Made by a program: the position numbers and the translations under genes. Of a DNA stretch of 64,000 bases, positions 41,458 through 55,168 are shown in pieces. This DNA comes from the human T2T-CHM13v2.0 reference genome, Homo sapiens: NCBI RefSeq assembly GCF_009914755.1, contig NC_060930.1. One strand, written 5' to 3'. The number at the start of each line of letters is the position of its first letter. The stretch's first letter is position 1. The notes beneath the pieces were generated by a model. That model had not been told where the DNA came from. It searched no databases and saw nothing but the letters and a program-made list of their open reading frames with translations.

Positions 41458-41989
41458 AAGAAAAATACATTTTGATTTTACCTTCCCTTATTCCTTTTCT
41501 GATTATCCTCCTTTCTTTATGTAGATCTTAGTTTCTAACCTATATTATTCTCCTTGTCTCTAAAGAACTTCTTTAACATTCTTTGCAAGGCAGGTCTACT
41601 GGTGAAAATTCTCTCAATTTTTGTTTATCTGAGAAAGTATTTGTTTTTCCTTCACCACTGAAGGATAATTTGACAGGGTAGAGAATTCTAGATTTTTTTT
41701 TCTTTTTATCTCAATACTTTTAATATTTTACTTCACTTTAGATAGAGTGCATAGGTGTGTTTTTTTATGTGATTTATTTTATTTTGGGGATTTATTCTGT
41801 TTAGTGTTTTCTGAGCTTCCTTGACCTGTAGTTTGATATTTGACATTAATTTGGAGAAATTATCAGTCATTACTGCTTCAGATATTACTTCTGTTTCTTT
41901 TCCTTATGACCTTATTACACATGTCACACATTTTGTAATTGTTTCATTATTCTTAAATATTGTGTTGTTTTTTCTTCATATCTTCTTTC

Positions 41990-43120
41990 AAATGACCCTA
42001 TTTCCATTTTACATAAACCTGTTAGAATGGTTAAAATAAAAAATACTGACAACACCAAGGGCTAACGAGGATGTAGAATGACTGGAACAATTATAAATTG
42101 CTGATGTAAATGCAAAATTGTATAGCTACTCTGGGAAGTGGTTTGGCAGTTTCTGAAAGCATTAAATAAACACTAAACTTATATTTAACATACAGCCCAC
42201 CAATCCTATGCCTAGGTATTTACATTACAGAAATGATGATATGGTTTGCTCTGTGTCCTCACCCAAATCTCATGTAGAATTGTAATCCCCAATGTTGGGG
42301 AAAGGACCTGGTGGGCAGTAATTAGATCCTGGGGACAGATTTCCCCCTTGCTGTTCTCATGATAGTGAGTGAGTTATCACGAAATCTGTTTGTTTGAAAG
42401 TGTGTAGTACTTCCCCCTTCACTCTCTCTTCCTTCTGCTCTCCCATGTGAACGAGGCGCTTGCTTCCCCTTTGCCCTTCTGCCATGATTGTAAGTTTTCC
42501 AAGGCCTCCCAACCATGCTTCCTGTACAGCCTGTCAATTAAACATCTTTTCTTCATAAAGTACCCAGTCTCAGGTAGTTCTTTATAGCAGTGTGAGAATG
42601 AACTAATACACACGAGAGCCTATGTTTCCACAAAAACTTGCACACAAAAGTTTACAGAAGCTCTATTCATAGTAGCCTCAAATTAGAAATAACCCAAACA
42701 TCCCTCAGTGGATGAATGGATAAACAACTGTGGTACATCCATACAATGGAACGCTATTCAGCGTCAGGAAATAATAAAGTTGTATTCAAAGGCATTAAGC
42801 TAAGTGAAAAAAGAAAAGTTTCAAAAGAGGACATACTATATGAATCCATTTACATAACTTTCTGCAAAAGACACATGTAGAGTGATGGAGACTGGATCAG
42901 CATTGTCATGAGTGAGGGGGATGTGGAAGGAAGAGTTAGACTATGAAGGAAAAGCAGTAGCATAAAGAAGGTATTTTAGCAGAAAGGAGGAAGCGATGAT
43001 GCAACCATTCTGTTTTCTTGTTACGGTGTTTACTTGAATCTCTACCTGTGGTTAAATTCATAGAGCTGTACGTACAAAGTATTTCTTTGTGTTTATTTCA
43101 AGCAAAACAAATAAAAAACA
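41990..43120 (+). mobile_element. Old L1 (L1ME/MB-like) 3' end with nested MST LTR
   Basis: gttagaatggttaaaataaaaaatactgacaacacc...gtggatgaatggataaacaactgtggtacatccatacaatggaa. Confidence 0.8.
42237..42610 (+). mobile_element. MSTA solo LTR
   Basis: tgatatggtttgctctgtgtcc...cccagtctcaggtagttctttatagcagtgtgagaatgaactaataca. Confidence 0.9.
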
Positions 43121-43749
43121 AAGCAAAACAAAAAACCCATGTATCCATTCAGAAATTTACTGTCAAACATCGCTCCAAAAATATAAAAATCCCTGGGTAC
43201 CGAAAAGAAAGTTTGAAATATGATGGTTTATGTAGAGGAAGTCGCTAACTCTATTGCTTAAATAACAGCTTTATGCAGGGCAGGTAGTGGTTTGTAATGC
43301 TTTGCTTTCAACAAAATTACAGTAGGACCTAGTTCTGTTATCAGTTAATTTGTGATTTAAAAACTTTGGCGATTGATCTGTATGTGCTTTTTATATGTAA
43401 CTAAGGGAGTTCAACTAATTAACAGCTACAAGGAGATTTCTTTCATTTCCATCTGCTTCTTTGTGTGAACAAAGTTTTTCAGCATTTACTTTTATAAAAA
43501 TGAAAAAGAAAGAAACCCATGTAGGAATAGAATTGATGGTAAACCCTGGCTCATTTAGAGCACCAGCTCTTGTTTGTTGATGTCTTTTCATACCTATCTG
43601 AAATTTGTTTCTTAATTTCCTTCATCTGGTATATCCTATTTCCTCAAAGTTATTTTTTCAGTTTTTTGTCTACTTAGGTTTAAAAATGAGGCAGTAATAA
43701 GAAGATCAGAAGCTTTAATTATATTCACAGAGCTTAGCAGTTTTAGTGC

Positions 43750-44165
43750 TGCTATGGGTTGGATTGTATCCATGCTCCAAAACATATATAGGAGTCCTAA
43801 TGTCTAATACCTTAAAATGTGGCCTTATGTGCAGGTAGGTTGTTTATGGAAATAATCAAGTTGAAAATGATCATTTTATTATGGCCATCCTAGTAGATGC
43901 AAAGTACTATTTCACTGTGACTTTGATTTGCATTTCCCTAATTAATATAATGATGTTGAATATCTTTGTGTGTGCTTCTTGACCATTTGCATATTTTCTT
44001 TGGAGAAATGATTATTCAGATTCTTTGCCATTTTTTACTTGTGTCTTTCTGTTGTTGATTTGTCAGCATTCATTATATATTCTGGATTCCAGACTTTTAT
44101 AAGATGTATAATTTGCAAACAGTTTCTTATTTCCTTTGGATGGTCTTTTCACTCTTTTTCTCAAG
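43750..44165. mobile_element. MLT1B/C 5' fragment (+) abutting an L1M fragment (-)
   Basis: tgctatgggttggattgtatcc...aatgtggccttat then ggccatcctagtagatgcaaagtactatttcactgtgactttgatttgcatttcccta. Confidence 0.65.
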
Positions 44166-44219
44166 GTTTCTTCTTAATGATCAGAATAAGTTATAACTCA
44201 CAACATATTAGATGAACCT

Positions 44220-45320
44220 GCATCATTTATTTAAGAGGAATTTTCTTTAGCATCTATTATGTTCCAATCACTGTGGTAGGCACTGGGGAGTAGATAACAG
44301 AGATATAAAAAGAAACAATCAGACACACAGTTAACCACTGACCTTTCATAGCTCATAATCTAATAGAGAAGATAAAAAAATGTAAAAAGACCATTAAAAT
44401 ACATTTTGATAAAAGGAAGTGCATGTAGAAGGTACACCTGAATATAAATTAGGAAAGTCAAAGAAGGCATCACTGTGGAGGGGGCATGCAATGGTAGACA
44501 AAGAGCAGAGAACCAAGTTGATCATGGTACATCAGAAAGTAAGAACAGCATGTGCAAAGAGACATAAGAGAACCTGGTGCATTTAAAGAATTATTAGTTG
44601 TTTAAGGGGAGGCTATGGGAGAAGGCTCTGGTTAGGCAAGAAAGAACTAGATTACAAAAGATCTTGTACGCTAATCTAAAAAGATTAGACCTGGTCTCTA
44701 ATGAAGGCTTGGGAGGATTTTAAGTAACAAGTGCCACAGAAAAAGATATGCATTTTAGAAAGACTATAATCTGACTTCAGAGAGTGAATTGAGGAATAAG
44801 ACTGCAGATAAAAACAGCAGTTCTTGATTAAAAATGATGAGAGATGATGACAACCAAGATAAGATAGTGGCAGTCAGTACTGTCCTCAGGTCCAGCTGGT
44901 AGCCCCAGCTCTTCACATCTTACCCTGAGTAAAAACACTGTCCTTGTAACAACTGATAGGACCATATGTGATTTGACTTATGCACATCTCTGAGCTGACT
45001 GTGCTCCAGGCACACTTGCCTCCATGCCTTTTTCTGAACACTTCAAGCCAGCTCCTGTCTCTGGAGTGTTCTTCCTTCAGGTATCTGTGTGATTTACAGC
45101 TATAGTTTCTTGATGTCTCAACCCAGATATGACTGTACAATAGAAAACTTCGTTGACCAACTTTTGTAAGAAAGCACTCCCTTCATCCTCTATTTCCTGC
45201 TTTGCTCTTCCCACAGAACTTATCATCTCATGTAATATTTGGTTGTTAGCCATCTTCCTCCAAGAGACTGACTGATCCATGAGAGTAATGCTCAAAATAT
45301 ATTCATTGAATGAATAAACA
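44220..45320. mobile_element. Two L2 fragments in opposite orientation
   Basis: agcatctattatgttccaatcactgtggtaggcactgggga (minus) and ...aaaatatattcattgaatgaataaa (plus). Confidence 0.55.
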
Positions 45321-45795
45321 TAGGAATACAACATTTTGGAAAGAAGAGGATAGGTCTACTTATGATTAAGTCAAAATACATATGAGCATTCCATATTTTT
45401 TCATGGATCTCAGGAGAGAACCAACTGGATGCAGATTTAGAAGACATTAAAATAGGTGACAGTGAAGCCATAAATTTGAATACAGAATACATGGTGGGTC
45501 ATTGATTAAACCATTAGCCCAAAATTTGTAGAACTTGCAATTAATCCTAAAAGTATGATTCTCATTATGGACACAGCTACAGCTAATGAATGTGTTCATT
45601 AAGAGCATAGAGGCTACAAAACCTTAAAGGATGGAGCTGCTTTGGGGGTCATTCAGATCAAACCTCACAAAATGCTTGTATTTTTAAATTTCTAGTCGCA
45701 GTAAGAGAATGCAATAGAAATTCAAAATTCTCGAGATTTTTAAACAAGTTCTCTCATCTTGCTCCACCTTCCAAACAATAAAAGAGAGAGAGATG

Positions 45796-46102
45796 TTTAT
45801 TTTATTTAATTATTTTTTTGAGATGGAGTCTGGCTCTGTCAGCCAGGGTGGAGTGCAATGGTGCAATCTTGGCTCAGTGCAACCTTCTGCCTCCCGGGTT
45901 TAAGCGATTTTCCTGCCTCAGCCTTCTGAGTAGCTGAGATTACAGGTGTGTGCCTCCACTCCCGGGTAATTTTTTTATTTTTAGTAGAGATGGGGTTTTG
46001 CCATGTTGGACAGGTTGGTTTCAAACTCCTGGCCTCAAGTGATCCACCCACTTCAGTCTCCCAAAGTGATGGGATTATAGGCATGAGCCACTACACTCAG
46101 CA
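45796..46102 (-). mobile_element. AluS (Sx/Sz-like)
   Basis: Reverse full dimer beginning with a T-rich tail. Confidence 0.94.
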
Positions 46103-47537
46103 CTTTTTTTTTTTTTTTTTTAAGAAGAATTGGTGGACCTTATACCTAGGAGATTTTAATCTGTGCAATTGTGACGGAATGCTGAATAGATCTTTTCTTG
46201 TAACGATTTGCTTTTCTCTTGATTTCTGAATTAGTGAATAAGATTCAAATATTAACACAAAGAGGTGATGATTACTCCCACATTCTAAAGAGAGTCAACA
46301 CTGAAAGACACAGATAGTGGCCTTGGATTTAAACACAGGCAGTCAAAATTATTCCATTTTCCCAAGTATTTCCCCCATTAATCTAACAAAATGTACAAAA
46401 AAGATGAAGATTTGAGGGTATATATGGGAATGGTGGCTTATTGGCTTAGAGAAAGAGTTTCATGGCTTTTCTCTCCTTTCTTGTTCAGTAGTATGAGGAT
46501 CTGTTTTTGCCTTCTCTTTACAGTCAAATAAGAAGGGTTAAAAGAAAGACCAGCATCTCATTACTGATTGACCATTTACTTAGGAAGAGAATTCTGAAAT
46601 GCCTTCTGCTCTTTTTAGTGGAGGATGGGATGCGGGTGATGTCCCAGCAGAGAAAAGAAGCCACACCTACTAGTTTTGGGTAGTGAGGCTGAGAGATTTC
46701 ATGTGTGTTAAGTAAACATAGAAGAAAGAAGCCAGCCTTGAGCAGCCTAGTCAAGACTGGCTACTTTTTTCTATGTTTACTTAACACACCTGGACAAAGA
46801 GGGAGTCCCAGAAATATGGGAATTCCTTCTATGTTTACTTAATAAAACCTGGACAAAGAGGGAATCCTAGAAATATGTGACTCTACAATATCTGGCCAGA
46901 AAAGTTGGCTGAGGGTATACTGCTGAATGTCAAGCATGGAAAATTTTCCTACTGGCCCATAACTAAAGCAGTCCACAAGGTGGCCTAAGACTGCTCACAG
47001 GCCCCAGGAGATGGTCAGGCTCTGAATATCTGTGACACAGGTCTCAGAACATAACCAGAGTCTGAATTCCTATGACATAGGCCCTCCAGTGTGCCCAGAG
47101 GCTGCATACCTGTGTTTTGACCGCTTAAAGAAGACCATGGCAGCACTTGTTAATAAAAAGATAATCTGATGTTTTTGTTTATCTTTTTCCTACAACATAA
47201 AGAGTAAGGAACACAGAAAAGAGAAAGAAGGGGAGTTATAGAAGAGGCCACACCTCTCCCTACTGCTGATTTTCAGCTGAAACTTGGCTAGCGAAAGTGG
47301 GAAGAGTGAGCATTATTTAGATAAGAGGAAGTCAAGCAGAGAGAAACAGCTCCTTTTTTAACTACAGAAAGAGACAGAAAAGCTATGGTACTTGGGTGAG
47401 ATGTGTTAGAGGCAGTAGGGTAGATTTCCTCAAGCACAGTTGAAAGGAATAATGGGGGAAAAAACATTTTAATTTTATATCCAATTATACAGGTTTTTCA
47501 ACTATTGCTTTATTGTTTTTTGTTGGTTTGCTCTCTC

Positions 47538-47615
47538 TATACATATACACACACATATGTATATATACATGTGTATATGTATGTGTGTGTGGGTGTGTGT
47601 GTGTGCATGTGTGTA
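47538..47615. repeat. Mixed (TA)/(CA)/(TG) microsatellite
   Basis: Directly visible. Confidence 0.9.
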
Positions 47616-50348
47616 TCAGAAGCTCTTCATTCAGTATGAAAATTATCCATGCGAATTTCATGCAGTACCGATCTCCTGGTAAGAAATTCTTGTAGCTTTC
47701 TAATGAAAGTGTCTTTTGTTTTGCCTTCATTCTGGAGAGATATTCTCACCTTAAAGACAGTGTTTCACTAGCTTCAGGACTCCACTCTTTTCATGCGAAA
47801 TCAGAGATCATTTGATCTTCCGCCTTTGTAATGATTTGCTTTTCTCCTTATTTCTTTAGGACTTTCTCTCTATTTTGGTGTGGTTTCCTTTGCATTTATC
47901 CTGTTTGGGCTTTGCTGAATTTTGAATATTTACATTTATATCTTTTAACATACCTAGACAAAAAACACCAATACACTTTCCAGTCAAACATTGCCTGATG
48001 TTCAGACTTAAATATGTGTTCTTTGGAGAACCCTTGAAAATATCTGTGAGTGTTGGTCCAATACAAGCTATCATGTTTTAAAAATAAGAAATTCAATCAA
48101 GAGGGCAGGATAAATATAAGGTCGCTGATACTACTTGATATTCAACCCTTTTCCAACCCAAGGTTTATGGCAAAATAGTTTGCAGGGAAATGCCTTTATT
48201 GTTAAGAATGTATATAATATTCTGTCATGTACATGACCTTTTTTCTCAAAAAATGAATAACCACTGTTGAAAGGTAAATATATGCCTTAGACAATAAAAA
48301 AGTAACCTAGTTTGCTCTGCTCTGAAATTTACATCTATAGCAATTTGGGAAAGGGCTTAATTAGAATCATAAAATTTTAATGGGAAGGGAAGTTGAGTAT
48401 CACTCTATTCAATTTGAGAGATGAGAAAACTTTGACCAAAGTCACATTAAGCATTAATTATTCCATTCCATAAACATTGGCTGAGCTTCAGTTATCTGCC
48501 AGATACATGTTGTATATATGCTAGATCTTGAGTACACCTAAAGGGTGAAAAATGAATTCACAAGCTAATACACAGAGACAGGCTAATAATTTAGATGTGT
48601 AGGTATCTAGTTCAGTGCTTGCTTCAGAATGAAAATAACTAAGCCAAACGAATGGGTCCACTATTATAGTCTGGAGAACAATAAAATTTATTTATTTTTT
48701 TCAATTATAAGGAAAAGGGAAATAAAAACTCAAATCCCTCTATGGAATGCAATCCAGTAGAACCTGATTTACTTTTATCATCTCAGTTAAACATTAGTAT
48801 CACCTTTTGAGAGCACTACAGAAAAAAAGGCAACCAGTGGCTTTTAGTGACTACTTCTAGGGTTTCAAATATCTTTGGTTCAAGAAAAGCAGTTATTTCC
48901 TCCCACGTAATCATTTATTATGATTTTTAAAAAATTCTGGAGGCTTGCATTACTGGATTTCATAAAACTATTCAGGATGCTAATTATTGTTCTTAAAATG
49001 TTGGATAAATGGAAAATACATATTCTACTACACCACAAGTAGTACTTTTTGCCATAGGACAAATGAAAGGTATTAATTTGAGTTTAATGATCAAGTCACA
49101 AAAAAAGTAGAAGTTAACTTTGCATAGTGTGTTTTGCAACTCTATTTGAAAGGTAACGTAAGTTCAAGAGACCAACGAGTGTAAACTAAAAATGTTCCCT
49201 AATACTCCTATCCCGAATAATTACACAAAATTATTGAAATCTAAGTAATTGTGAATGCTAAAACTTTTTAATGTAAGGAGATCAGTTCATGTTTTCATTA
49301 ATATTTGTCCAAAGAGACCTAAGATTCTTTCATTATTTTGGTACAATTTATGGCTATGACCAAATAAGAAGACTAGATTTTACTCAAAGTTAATAGAACA
49401 ATGAAACCGACATGGAGTGGAGGGAGTTTTACTACAGAAAGAAGGCAAAGAAAGTCATATTGCATTCTCCAAAGTGAAAAATATGAATTTTACTTTATTC
49501 TTTCAGTACCTTAACTCATATTTATTTACCTCTATTTGTAAAATATTATGCAAGGTGCTATGGGGAATAAAATGATTCAAAGATAGATATTTCCTGAAAG
49601 ATATTTAGAGATTAAGAGCAAAGATAGAAAATATATGTAAACAATGAAAACATAAGTATACTTGGGGCCCCACTGCTGCATAAGCGGCAAGCAATTCACA
49701 GTAACAACAGTGTTAGGGTGCAGCCACTGGGTATCATTTCCTGAGCACATAATGGGCTTCCTAGGAGCTATAACACTTTTAAGTTACGGTAATTTTGGGT
49801 GGGGGTTATCATTTTTCTTAAAAAAGAGAATCTTTGTACAAATAAATTTGATAAAAACGTTATTAAAATTGTTTGACAGCAATTCATTCAGGTAAGTAAG
49901 AAGGTACATGAGCTACCCTACTGATGACTGGTTGCTCTTCAGAGCAACCATGGGCCAATCATGGTGCAGGCCTGAGAGAAGTCATCAGTGGCCTTCACTC
50001 AAACCTGGAATGGGGTAATGGAAGGGGACTCTGTAACAAGAGTCCCATTCTAGACCTCCTTGGTTCCGAAGGTGCATTTGGATCTCTGGAATAGCAATTT
50101 TCTAGAAGGAAGCTCTTTTAGAATCCAAAGATCCTTGACTTTTCTATTCCATCTCCTCTGATTTTTTTTCTCTACTTGGTGAAGATATTTATATTAGCAT
50201 GGTGTGGGCTGAGAATAGATTCTTGATTAAACAAGGATTCTAGATTACCTCAGAGCAGGTTCAATATGGGCCATTCTCAGGAACTTGCTTGAGTTTGAGA
50301 ATGACCACCATCTTCCCTATTTCAAAGAGAAAAATAAACATACACACT

Positions 50349-50349
<1 letters not shown>

Positions 50350-50381
<32 letters not shown>
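50350..50381. repeat. (CA)n microsatellite
   Basis: Directly visible. Confidence 0.95.
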
Positions 50382-50383
<2 letters not shown>

Positions 50384-52159
50384 CAGTCTCTTGGCATTCT
50401 GAAACAGACAAAATCACTGATTTGTACCAGGAGTTTCAGCAGACTATACAGGTACCATTCTTGCTCTGGACATTTTTGATCCCTGAGGATCAAAGTCTCT
50501 GGGAAACCATCTAGACCCAATTAGAACCATAACCAGGAATTAATTCATTATTTTATGTCTGCTTTTTATCTCTTCCTCTATTCTACAAGCATTTACTAGG
50601 TGGTACTTCTCAGAGAGGGTAGCCCATAAGATGACTTTTGTAGTACGTGCAAAAGGCAACTAGAGCTTGTGATGAGGAATCTAATACAGGGGATGGACAT
50701 GTGCAGAGGTGTGATAAGTTTGAGATGACACAAGTAATTCGATATGTTTTAGACCACAGTGAGGGAGAGGGTGCGACAGCAACACCAAGCCATGATGGGC
50801 TTTATCTACTCTATATTAGACTGGGGCTTTCTCCTGAAAGTTAGAGACTCATTGGAAGATATTATCAGGAGAGAGGTATGAACAATCTGCCATTTTATAA
50901 AGAATCCCTCTAGAAAATTTCTAATAATAATTGGCAGTCTATACTTTTGAATGAATTAATGAATGATGAGGGCTGTATCTAAGCCAGTGACAGATGAAGA
51001 AGAGAAGCAAATCTAGAGATAACAAAATTATATACTCTATAAAACTTGGAAAATAATTGAAGTGTGGTTTGAAAAACAGAGAAATCAAGTATTCCTATGA
51101 GAAAACAAAGCTAGCAAAACATGAAACAAAACCCTGGGTTTCATGTAAGGCTTTCCAACCATAGTCTCCCACATGGACAAGACTATATTTTGAATATACA
51201 TATGCTGATGCTATCTATCCATAATTGGCATTTATTGAAGCTACAGGTGAAAAGTGGGTACTGTGAGACCTATTTAATATTGCCTAGATAGCCCTCCTAC
51301 AACTTCTTGGGTGGATTTTCCATTTAAATCATGTCCTCAAAATTTCTAGGAAAATTGGCTTATTGTCCTAGCAAAAACAGCTGCTTTGATTTAAACTGTT
51401 CATATATAAAAAGCCACAACACAAGCTTAGTAATAGCACCAATTTTTTTAAAGCCACAAGCAACCCACAAATGATAAAACAAGATTCTTTGTCTATTTTT
51501 AACATTTGTTTTAATATCAATAGCAACACATTTTGAAATGAATAATTTCATTTTTTCCTAAGTTATTTTCAAATGCAAATTTCTAAAAACATTCTGAGGA
51601 AAGTCTTTGGAATCTTTCAACTTAATAAACTCCAGCTGCCTTAAAGAAAACTGATTTACTCTTATGCTATTTGTTTGAACCTCTTCTGATTTGAGATGTA
51701 ATTGAATTGGTCCAGAGTTATAACACAGGAGAAAAACCCTAAGAGGATTTGAGGAAGGAGGATGTAATGTTTAAAATTACATTTCAGTTAATATGAAGGA
51801 TAGCCATATAGATTTTGAAAATGTCACAGCATTGAACTCTGAACAAGTAATCCCACAGTATATATTTGCAAACCTGAAAAAACTGTACTGTAATTTTTAG
51901 TTTTGGAAGAGATGGGAAAGGAGTATGTTCAGTTATCCTTCAAACTATTTTTAAGCATTTTAACTAGATAGATCTCATGTTGTATTTCTATATTCCATGT
52001 GGCCAAGTTTCATTTATTGACATTGCAAAGTATGCTAAGCATGTATGTAAAGCAATTTCAACCCATGTTTAGTTGAATAGAAATGTATTATTCACTAACA
52101 GATTACCAGGCCCTCAGATCATCTTCCCTGTACACTTTGTTCATATTTTGCATTATAAA

Positions 52160-52402
52160 AAATTTTTATTTTGAAGTAATTTTGGATTTATAGAAAAGTT
52201 CCAAAAATAATGAAAGGAGTTACTTTATATCCCTCAAGCTGCTTCACCTAATGTTAACCTTTTACCTAACCATAATATAATTATCAAGAAAAATAAATTA
52301 ACATTGATACATTATTAACTAAAGTACAAATCTTATTCAATTTCTACTAGTTTTTCCACTAATGCTATCTTACTGTTCCAGTATCCCATATTGTATTTAG
52401 TT
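52160..52402 (-). mobile_element. L1MC4-like extreme 3' end
   Basis: ttttattttgaagtaattttggatttatagaaaagtt...aaattaacattgatac...tttttccactaatg...ttgtatttagtt. Confidence 0.7.
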
Positions 52403-52466
52403 ATAAACCTCATCAGTAAGATATGTCAACATGATGTACCCCGATATAATGCACCGATAAGGACAC

Positions 52467-54743
52467 TGTATCAGTACATTTTCACACTGCATCAGTTCAT
52501 TTTCACACTGCTATAAAGAACTGCCTGAGACTGGGTAATTTATGAAGAAAAGAGGTTTAAGTGACTCACAGTTCCACATGACTGGGGAGCCCTCAGGAAA
52601 CTTATGATCATGGCAGAAGGGGAAGGGGAAGCAAATACCTTCTTTACATGGTGGCAGGAAAGAGAAGAGTAAGGAGCAAAGGAGGAAAAGCCCTTTATAA
52701 AACCATGAGATCTTGTGAGAACTCACTCACTATCACAAGAACAGCATGGGGGAAACTGCCCCCATGATACAAGGGCCTCCTACCAGGTCTCTCCCTAGAG
52801 ACGTGGGGATCTTGGAGATTACAATTCAAAATGAGATTTGGGTGGGGACACAGCCAAACCATATCATTCCATCCCAGCACCTCCCAAATCTCATATCCTC
52901 ACATTTCAAAACACAATCATGCCTTTACAACAGTCCCACAGATTCTTAACTCATTCCAGCACCAACCCAAAAGTCCAAGTCCAAAGTCTCATCTGAGACA
53001 AGGCAAGTCCCTTCTACCTAGGAGCCTGTAAAATAAAAAACAAGTTAGTTACTTCCAAGATACAGTGGGGGCACAGGCACTGGGTAAATACACCCATTCC
53101 AAATGGGAGAAATTAGCAAGAACAAAAAGGCTACAGGCCCCATGCAAGTCAGAAATCCAGCTGGGCAGCCATTGAATCTCAGAGCTTCTAAATAATCTCC
53201 TTTGACTCCATGTCTCACATCCAGGTAATGCTGATGCAAGAGGTGGGCTCCCGTGGTCAGGGGCAGCTCTGCCCTGTGGCTTTGCAGGGTACAGCCTCTC
53301 TCCTGGCTACTTTCATGGTTTGGCATTGAATATCTGTGTTTTTTATAGGCACATGATGCAAGCTGTGGGTGGCTCTACCATTCTGGAGTCCGAAGGATGG
53401 TGGCCCTTTTCTCACAGCTCCTCTAGGCAGTACCCCAGTGGGGACTCTGTGTTGGGGCTCCAACCCCACATTTCCCTTCTGCACTGCCCTAGCAGAGGTT
53501 CTCTATGAGGGCTCTGCCCCTGCAGCAAACTTCTTCCTGGACATCCAGGTGTTTCCATACATCTTCTGAAATCTAGACAGATGTTCCCAAACCTCAATTC
53601 TTGACTTCTGTTCATCTGCAGGCCCAACACCCTGTGAAAGCCACCAAAGCTTGGGGCTTGCACCCTCTGAAGCAACGACCTGAGCTGTATGTTGGCCCCT
53701 TTTGCCACAGTTAGGATGAAGGGCACCAACTCCAGAGACTGCACAAAGCAGCAAGGCCAGGGGACCCAGCCCACAAAAATATTTTTTCCTCCTAGGCTTC
53801 TAGGCCTGTGATGGGGCAGGCTGTTATGAAGACCTCTAACATGCCCTGGAGACACTTTCCCTATTCTCTTGGCAATTAACATTTGTCTCCTCACTACTTA
53901 TACAAATTTCTGCAGTTGGCTTGAATTTTACCCCAGAAAATGGGTTTCCCTTTTCTATTGTATTGTCAGCCTGAACATTTTCCAAACCTTTATGCTCTGC
54001 TTCCTTTTCAAACATAAGTTCCAATTTCAGATAATCTCTCTGAAGTTCAAAGTTCCACAGATCTCTAGGGCAGGGACAAAATGCCGCCAGTCTCTTTGCT
54101 AAAGCATAGCAAGTGTGACCTTTGCTCCAGTTCCCAATAAGTTCCTCATCTCCATTTGAGACCACTTCAGCCTGGACTTCATTGACCATATTACTATCAG
54201 CATTTTAGTTAAAATCATTTCACAAGTCTACAGGAAGTTTTAAACTTTCCCACATCTTCCTGTCTTCTTCTGAGCTCTCCAAACTGTTCTAAGCTCTCCT
54301 GTTACCCAGTTCCAAAGTCACTTCCACATTTTAGGATATCTTTATCCAATACTCTACTCTTTACAGTACCAATTTACTGTATCGGTCCACTTTAACAGTG
54401 CTATAAAAATCTGCCAGAGACTGGATAATTTAGAACAAAAAGAGGTTTAATTTACTCACAGTTCCACACAGCTCGGGAGGCCACAGGGAACTTCTAATCA
54501 TGGTGGAAAGAGAATGGGAAGCAATGACCTTCTTCACATGAGAGCAAGAGAGGGAAGAGTGAGGAGTAAAGGGAGAAGAACCCCTTATAAAACCTCAGAT
54601 CTCATGAGAAATCATTCACTCTCACAAGAACAGCATGGGGGAAACTGCCCTCAGTATCCAATCACCTCCTACCAGGTGTCTCCCTAGACATATGGGGATT
54701 ATGGGGAATACAGTTCAAGATAAGATTTGGCCAAACCATATCA
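52467..54743 (-). mobile_element. Full-length THE1D MaLR (LTR 54378-54743, internal 52867-54377, LTR 52467-52866)
   Basis: Two LTRs bounded by tgtat...atatca, internal ORF remnant 53836-54189 (EVQAEVVSNGDEELIGNWSKGH...CPCPRDLWNFEL), perfect 5-bp TSD GACAC (52462-52466 / 54744-54748). Confidence 0.93.
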
Positions 54744-55012
54744 GACACAATAACATTTTTTGGGGGGTATTCTTGACAAAAATGCATACCTTCTATCCAA
54801 TTATAAGAGAACAACAGTCTAATCAAAATTGAGGAACATTTGAAAAAAATAACTTATTAGTACTCTTTAAAAGCATCAAGGTCATGAAATACTGAGTAGC
54901 TATTATAATCTGGAGAAGGGAAAGATTAAGGATAAATAACAACATACTTTTCTCTCTCTTTTTTTTTTATGCATTGGAGCCAGAAAACAGAGCAATTAAA
55001 AAACAGAAGAAG

Positions 55013-55168
55013 GGCCAGTCATGGTGGCTTAACCTGCAATTCTAGCACTTTGGAAGGCTGCGTGCGGTGGGAGGGTTGCTTAGGCCCAGAAGTTCAATGT
55101 TGCAGTAAGCTATGATTCTAGCCTGAAGGACAAAGGGAGACCCCTTATTTAAAAAAAAAACAAAAACA
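55013..55168 (+). mobile_element. Alu monomer (FRAM/FAM-like)
   Basis: ggccagtcatggtggcttaacctgcaattctagcactttggaaggctg... plus A tail. Confidence 0.8.

Larger units (their letters stand above)
36095..41965 (-). mobile_element. L1MC1/2-like element (3' UTR, ORF2, into ORF1 region), decayed, with nested MST, THE1 and Alu
   Basis: 3' UTR gtacagagagttcccctatac...atgaacctacactgacac; ORF2 remnants in track ORFs 39893-40144 (SDYNGIKLEI...NTWRLNNTLLNN) and 39549-39806 (FEKINKIDKLIARLTKKKR). Confidence 0.88.

Noticed and set aside
49889-49897. Perfect plus-strand donor CAG|GTAAGT
   Set aside because: No convincing upstream acceptor or partner exon; isolated matches are expected occasionally.
53045-54189. 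Cluster of longer ORFs (up to 160 aa) as a gene
   Set aside because: They lie entirely within the THE1D internal region and are fragmented remnants.
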